DNA of 63,016 nt, counting the filler, from Salisapilia sapeloensis CBS 127946 (taxonomy: Eukaryota; Protista; Oomycota), in assembly GCA_023334545.1 (NCBI GenBank). It is 6 parts of 6 records of this genome, joined end to end, with 100 filler letters (N's around TTAATTAATTAA, not from the genome) between each part and the next. Parts side by side here need not be neighbours in the genome. Positions count along the whole stretch, not along the records: positions 56,462 to 58,969 come from JAADVB010000886.1; positions 59,070 to 63,016 come from JAADVB010000707.1; 4 more parts are not named here. The stretch is one strand, 5' to 3'. The notes beneath the pieces were generated by a model. That model made no database searches, was not told the DNA's origin, and was given only the letters and a program-made list of their open reading frames with translations. Shown here piece after piece: positions 57,843 through 63,016 of this stretch. A program made the position numbers and the translations under genes. The first letter of the stretch is position 1. Each line of letters starts with the position of its first letter.

Positions 57843-58304
57843 ATGACGGAAGTACGGACGATGAATCAACTGGCGCAGGAAAGCTTACTGCCGAAAGCAC
57901 CGTCCTTTAAGATGGAAGACTACAAGGACCTGCGCCAAGATTTGGATATCGACGAGCTCATTGCCAATGGTGATCTGCCGTCCCTCGACGCGCTCGCAAA
58001 GACCACAGACGACGCTGCCTTGGGAAATGAGAACTCAACGCAATTTGCTCAGCTACATCCTCAAGATGAAGAGATCATGACAGAGTTTACCGACAGCAAT
58101 GACTTGACCTTGCTTCCAGCTACCAGGCCTATCGACCCTCGCTTTACTGATGCAAACAAGCAACCCCAGCCTACTCCCAGTGCACCTGGAGCCCAACAGA
58201 ACAGATCACATCGACGAACCGCCTCGTCGAACTATGTATTGGAGCAGCAAATCGCTCTTCAGATGGCCCAGAATGCTCTACGTGAGCAGTCGATGCAGTA
58301 TTAA
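57843..58304 (+). CDS. Acidic/Gln-rich 153-aa protein of unknown function
   Basis: ATG-started ORF with a strong core promoter; acidic stretch, then PQP-rich segment and SHRRTASSN motif. Confidence 0.6.
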   Translation: MTEVRTMNQLAQESLLPKAPSFKMEDYKDLRQDLDIDELIANGDLPSLDALAKTTDDAALGNENSTQFAQLHPQDEEIMTEFTDSNDLTLLPATRPIDPRFTDANKQPQPTPSAPGAQQNRSHRRTASSNYVLEQQIALQMAQNALREQSMQY

Positions 58305-61300
58305 TATAGGTTTGGTACACTTTCCGAGAGCCCGTCTGGGCATGGCAGGTATCTAGTGAGAGAGCTACTGGATCTGACGTTACGAAGCGGATCTAGTAGA
58401 CTCTGAGCAGATAAAAATTGATTTATTTCGTCCCTTTATTCTTTCTGCTACTTGCTTATCTTTATCAAGTTCTCCAGCCATGTACGGCAATTGAAAGCGA
58501 ACGTCACAATCCGATTTCCGTGCTAGTTGCCAATTCTCACGTGTCCTTGATAAAGATCCTGGAAGTGCTGGTAAAACTTTTAGCCGAGTAAAGACAAACA
58601 TTATTTCTAATCAGAGCGGGCAGAGTGAAGATTACAGAGCTCACCCAAATGATCTTGCCACTATGAATGCTACGATCAACGGCAACTTGGCCTCTGAAAG
58701 ACAGTACCTTTACGCTTTCAATTCGATGATTCCAATCACTTGAAAGCCAGGCCACGCGGTACTACCATTTAAATAACTCGGAGCTGATGTTTGCATTCGC
58801 TCGCTGAATGGCGTCAATTTGTCATTGCTTTCACTACTTGCTTTTTGCAATAAGTTGTCTAATGACCCTGTTGGGCGGAACTGGCGGGCGGGCGTGTAGT
58901 GCAGACAGTAAACAACAAGCGGTTGATGCTGAGCAAATTGTGCTTCCACAAGCAACACTCGTCCGATTANNNNNNNNNNNNNNNNNNNNNNNNNNNNNNN
59001 NNNNNNNNNNNNNTTAATTAATTAANNNNNNNNNNNNNNNNNNNNNNNNNNNNNNNNNNNNNNNNNNNNATTGGTCTTTCTGACAAGAGGTCACTGTTCA
59101 TGATTGCCTGATGATACGCGTGCTGATACGTTTTCGTAAACCTCTCGTAGATATCCACGAGCAAAGAGCATATCCGTGATCGTTTAAGAAGGATGGAGGC
59201 ATTTCCCAAGCTCCATTACTACGGATCTACGAGGATCGATGGACTTGGTCGCCTCCCACGAATACTGGTAAATTAGTACCAATAATCTCGAATTTGCTCG
59301 CAGGCTTCCAGATGCTAATCTGTTTTGCCTGGAATTGTACCGCAGTGAAGCTTATACTCACGAGGTCCTCCTTCGAACTACTCCGTCTGTTGTAGTAGTT
59401 ATTCTCTGGCCTACTTGTACAGTATCGATACATTTATTTCTTGATGAGTTGTGGATCAGGCGGACATGGTTGACCTGTGCCCGCTCCACGTTTCTCTTGT
59501 TTCATAAACGACTAAACGTACCTGCCGTCTGCTTCCTCTATTGCAACGATTCTCTTTGCGTGGATTCACAGTGAAGTCGGTGTACTCTGGCTTCGTTACC
59601 GAAGGCTGTACATCACCAAGATAAGAGCTCGACAAGTGGCTCTACGACATCTACTGTAGATGATAAAAGATTCTTTCGAACAAACTAAGTATAGAGCATT
59701 TCACAAGATGTGGACGCGCGACCAGGCTAAATGCCCTATGTGTTGACGCATGCACTGACAATGCGGCAAGTGATGTGTCGAAAACTTGGCCAATTTGCTG
59801 ATAGTACTTTATCATTCGGCAAACATTTCCGCACAGCGTCGTAGCCTGCATGAACCAAGTTTCAGTAGGAAAATGTATAGCTTAATTCCTTTTGCTATAT
59901 TGAACACTCATCGCTATGAACAATAATCTCGTATTAAGGCCCAAAAACGCGTTTAAAGGAGCCGAATCGTGTGGAAAGATCCAAATGTTATCGAGTGCAA
60001 GCTGATCAAGCTGGCTGGTTATTTGTCGTCGTCGATCTCTAGCCTATTTCTCGAGACAGACCAAAACGAGAAATTTGGCTCTCTTCGTTTCCATCTTGTA
60101 ACCACAAATAGATATGCGTCCAGTAGTAGATGGGAGCATTCATGCGGAATTCTAGCTTCTATTTCTATTTTCTGCTTTTCTAGCTTCATGGCAACGGGCG
60201 ATTTGGCAGGAATCATGCATCTCTGACCAGAATGAGTGAAACCTATATAAGGCATCATAACAATGAAGACACCAATTGATTGCCACTATCTTTTGTAGAA
60301 CGATGCTCAAGATTTACCACTGATATCTTACAAGTTCCAGAGTTTTGCTGCAGCGCCGTTGCAATGTCTTCTCCTGAGGTAGTCTAGATTTATTATGTTA
60401 CTGCACTAGTTGTACAAAATCTTAATGATCTCTTACAACTGATCGTGCCTATCTTTTACTTCTATTCGATTTGATCTCGATGAAGAACGGTATTTCCTTA
60501 ACAACATCAGCGAAGTATGATGTGAACTCTGATATACAGCGAGTAAGCCCCTTTATGCAGAGACTCGTCAGGTCGAGTTAAAAGTTTAGCCTTATGGTTT
60601 GTTCGTCAGTTCCGATGAACAGAATGATTCATAGCGACATCATTGCTTATGTCATCAAATGAGACAGCGGTGATACTGGACACCTAGGAGCCTCAAGCTT
60701 GCCCAAAGCTAAAATTCAGGCTGCAATTATTAGTCCATAAACCGATTTTAATCGCATTGGTTGGCAAGAAGCAGTGGTTTAGCTACGATATGACGCTAGG
60801 CATGAGTATTTGCGCAGGAAAAAAGTAATTATATCATTTTTGCGTTGGGTAGCTATGATTAAGTTTTATATAGCTCTCACAATAAATCTTTAGCGGTTGT
60901 TCCAGCTCTTCATAGCGTTGTAGGTCCGAATGTGGACGTCATAACGATGTCGCGTCCAGAAAACCTAGTTCAATTTGTCTCTATCAATCCCTTTTCTTTG
61001 TTACCGTATTTTGGTATCGTGGACTTATCAGGTCCATGCCGATAGTGAAAGCGACAACGTTGGAAATTGGATACATCGCTCGATCTTCTTGGTCATAACA
61101 TTTTGCACGGACGTCCAAAGACAGAAGTCTGATTCAAAAATGTCCGTTCAACATTTAAGTTGTGGATCGATAGATCAGCACTGCTGGGCAACAAAAAGTG
61201 ATTTAGACTTCAGTCAGCATGATCTGATGGACGCGCGCAGTTTCAACTACCATAAGAAATAGACGTGAATGGCAATAGCTAGCTCTTGCATACGACTGAA

Positions 61301-62427
61301 CATAATGCAGTGCTAGCCAATAATCTAACCGTCCATGAAATCTTGCCTAATGCATCGCTGTTTGCCTAGCCTATTCTTGACCGTCTCTACAGCAATGTAT
61401 AAAGACGAGTTGCCTGTGCTTTACAGCACCAAAGTGCTTCCTAACATCTAGACATTTAAATACATGCAACGTGCGCAGGTTATTGAAAGCTAGAAAGAAG
61501 TTTATGGCGAGACAAAACGAAATGCGACTAAAGCATGTTTAAAACCAAATCGAGACGACAAAGTTCCTATGGGATTGCTTCTCGATCTGGCCGAAACTAG
61601 ATAAGGGAGCATAAAAGCAAGTCAGCAGAATCATGTTGGCTACTACATAACTCGTTGCGTCGTGAGACTTGAGTTTCCACCATGATGACCAAAGTCATGC
61701 TTGTTTGGTAGGTACAGCGTCTGATTGCATTCCGATCGCTGCAGAAAAATTGTAATCCCTCTAGCATCGTGATGCCTTCATTGCTCCTTTGACACTACTA
61801 GCTGCCATCGCCTATCAAACATAATGAACACCTTTATATTTTCGTATCTTCGTATTTTGACCCCTACCAGTGCTCTCGATCGTCACCTTCAGCACCCAGA
61901 ATAGACTTCTTTTTGCAGCTCCCGTTCCCATCACAACAGCAAAATCAGAAGTTCAATAAGTAGGCATAGGATTAACACAATAGATGCCAATGGGCATCCC
62001 TGTCCAACCTTTCAAGTCCTTTACGAAGGGACCAAAGCCAAATCTTCGCATGATCGTTCTCATGTTAATACTTTGCTTTTAGAAGTACAGAGTTTATAAC
62101 ATTCTTGAGTTGAAATCTTTCTAGAAGCTCGTAGTTGAGACGAAGATATTAGCTGGCTGAGCCAGGCAGCAGAGCTGCCATATCATACCCGGTGTGAGCA
62201 AGTCAACCCGCCTACTTCTATTGACCGCATATTGACAGCACGAATTTGATCCTGGAAAGCAGCTGTTTTATTCGAAACGTGCAACAAATCAAACGCGCAA
62301 GTCACATGGAATTGACGAGCAGGCGAACCACTGACGATTGCATTTAAAAGCAAGCTTGGTGTGCATTTGCTCATTTGCGCCGAAGTGACCACCTCTCTAC
62401 CCTTCGCTCAACCACTGCAGAATAACG

Positions 62428-63016
62428 ATGAAAGTTTTCGCTGCTATCGCTGCCATGGCCATGGTGTCCATGCCGTTCGCAGTCGCTGATGAGTCTGCGC
62501 CATGGAACGGTCGCGGACAAGACCTCACGGTCGACACGCTCACGGACGAGTACATGACTCACATTCTGACACAGCGCAAAGGCGGCAAGGGCGATCCTGC
62601 TGACTACGTGACCATCGAGCAGGACGGTCGTGACCCAGGATTTAATGACGACACGGGAGTGATCAACATTGCTGTCGACGATGACGCCATTTTCAATACG
62701 CAAAACACATTCCGTCGCTCAGAGCTGGTGCAGACTGTGGAGGCGAACACGGAAGGCACGACGTCTTTCCGTGTAAGCGTGATGAAAGAAGAAGCGTTCG
62801 TGAACAAGTACGAGTGGCAGATAATCTTCCCAGAGTCACACGCGTTCGAAATACGAGTGGATGCCACGGCGGACCCACCGATGATCATCTACCTAAACGG
62901 TGGCTCGTATGATCCCAAATGGGAGACCGAGTTCGTGCTTGGTACATGGTACAACTTTGCCATCGACGTGTCAAAGAGCAATTCGGGCTCGCACATGGAC
63001 TTTTACGTAAGCGAGA
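62428..63016 (+). CDS. Secreted glycoside hydrolase family 131-like protein; 3' end runs off the window
   Basis: Signal peptide MKVFAAIAAMAMVSMPFAVA, AIF...FRRSELVQ, YEWQIIFPESHAFEI, WYNFAI. Open to the window end, so it is absent from the ORF track. Confidence 0.75.
   Translation, partial: MKVFAAIAAMAMVSMPFAVADESAPWNGRGQDLTVDTLTDEYMTHILTQRKGGKGDPADYVTIEQDGRDPGFNDDTGVINIAVDDDAIFNTQNTFRRSELVQTVEANTEGTTSFRVSVMKEEAFVNKYEWQIIFPESHAFEIRVDATADPPMIIYLNGGSYDPKWETEFVLGTWYNFAIDVSKSNSGSHMDFYVSE

Noticed and set aside
60040-60260. Degenerate TKL kinase (SRFGLSRE resembling DFGxSRE)
   Set aside because: Single imperfect motif; no HRD, APE or VAVK in compatible frames.
1-63016. CRISPR arrays, rRNA, operon-like prokaryotic systems
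   Set aside because: No regularly spaced repeat-spacer arrays or rRNA-like sequence; spliceosomal introns show that the DNA is eukaryotic.

Overview
Eukaryotic, gene-dense window, most likely from an oomycete (Pythium/Phytophthora-like). The evidence is short GT-AG introns of roughly 50-110 nt, oomycete-type INR+FPR core promoters just upstream of several ATGs, an oomycete-type ankyrin-like family member and a secreted GH131. The window is six contigs joined by five artificial 100-nt spacers (N44-TTAATTAATTAA-N44), so adjacency across spacers is not guaranteed. I reconstructed about 35 protein-coding genes by hand-splicing, several of them missed or fragmented by the ORF track. They include a two-domain E2F7/8/DEL-type factor, a J1-crystallin/SelJ-like ADP-ribosylglycohydrolase, a CCCH-Abitram fusion, a Csm1-like protein with an AT-hook, a P4-ATPase, ArfGAP-PDZ-PDZ, importin-5, Fis1, a TLC protein, an 89-aa conserved microprotein, PDAP1-SAP, an anchored thioredoxin, UBC13, two kinases, a phosducin-like protein, an Arl GTPase, a DDX21-like helicase, CTL and AVT transporters, an LCLAT-type acyltransferase, a giant EF-hand/MABP/RanBP2-ZnF protein, partial fumarase and partial GH131. 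There is also one tRNA-Glu(TTC) and an ankyrin-like pseudogene. Genes alternate head-to-head and tail-to-tail with very short spacers, and one convergent pair has overlapping stop codons. The most unusual structural signal is a 6.3-kb gene-bearing contig bounded by perfect 141-bp inverted repeats. No CRISPR array, rRNA or intact transposase/RT was seen. All family calls come from motif recognition by eye; no database search was run.
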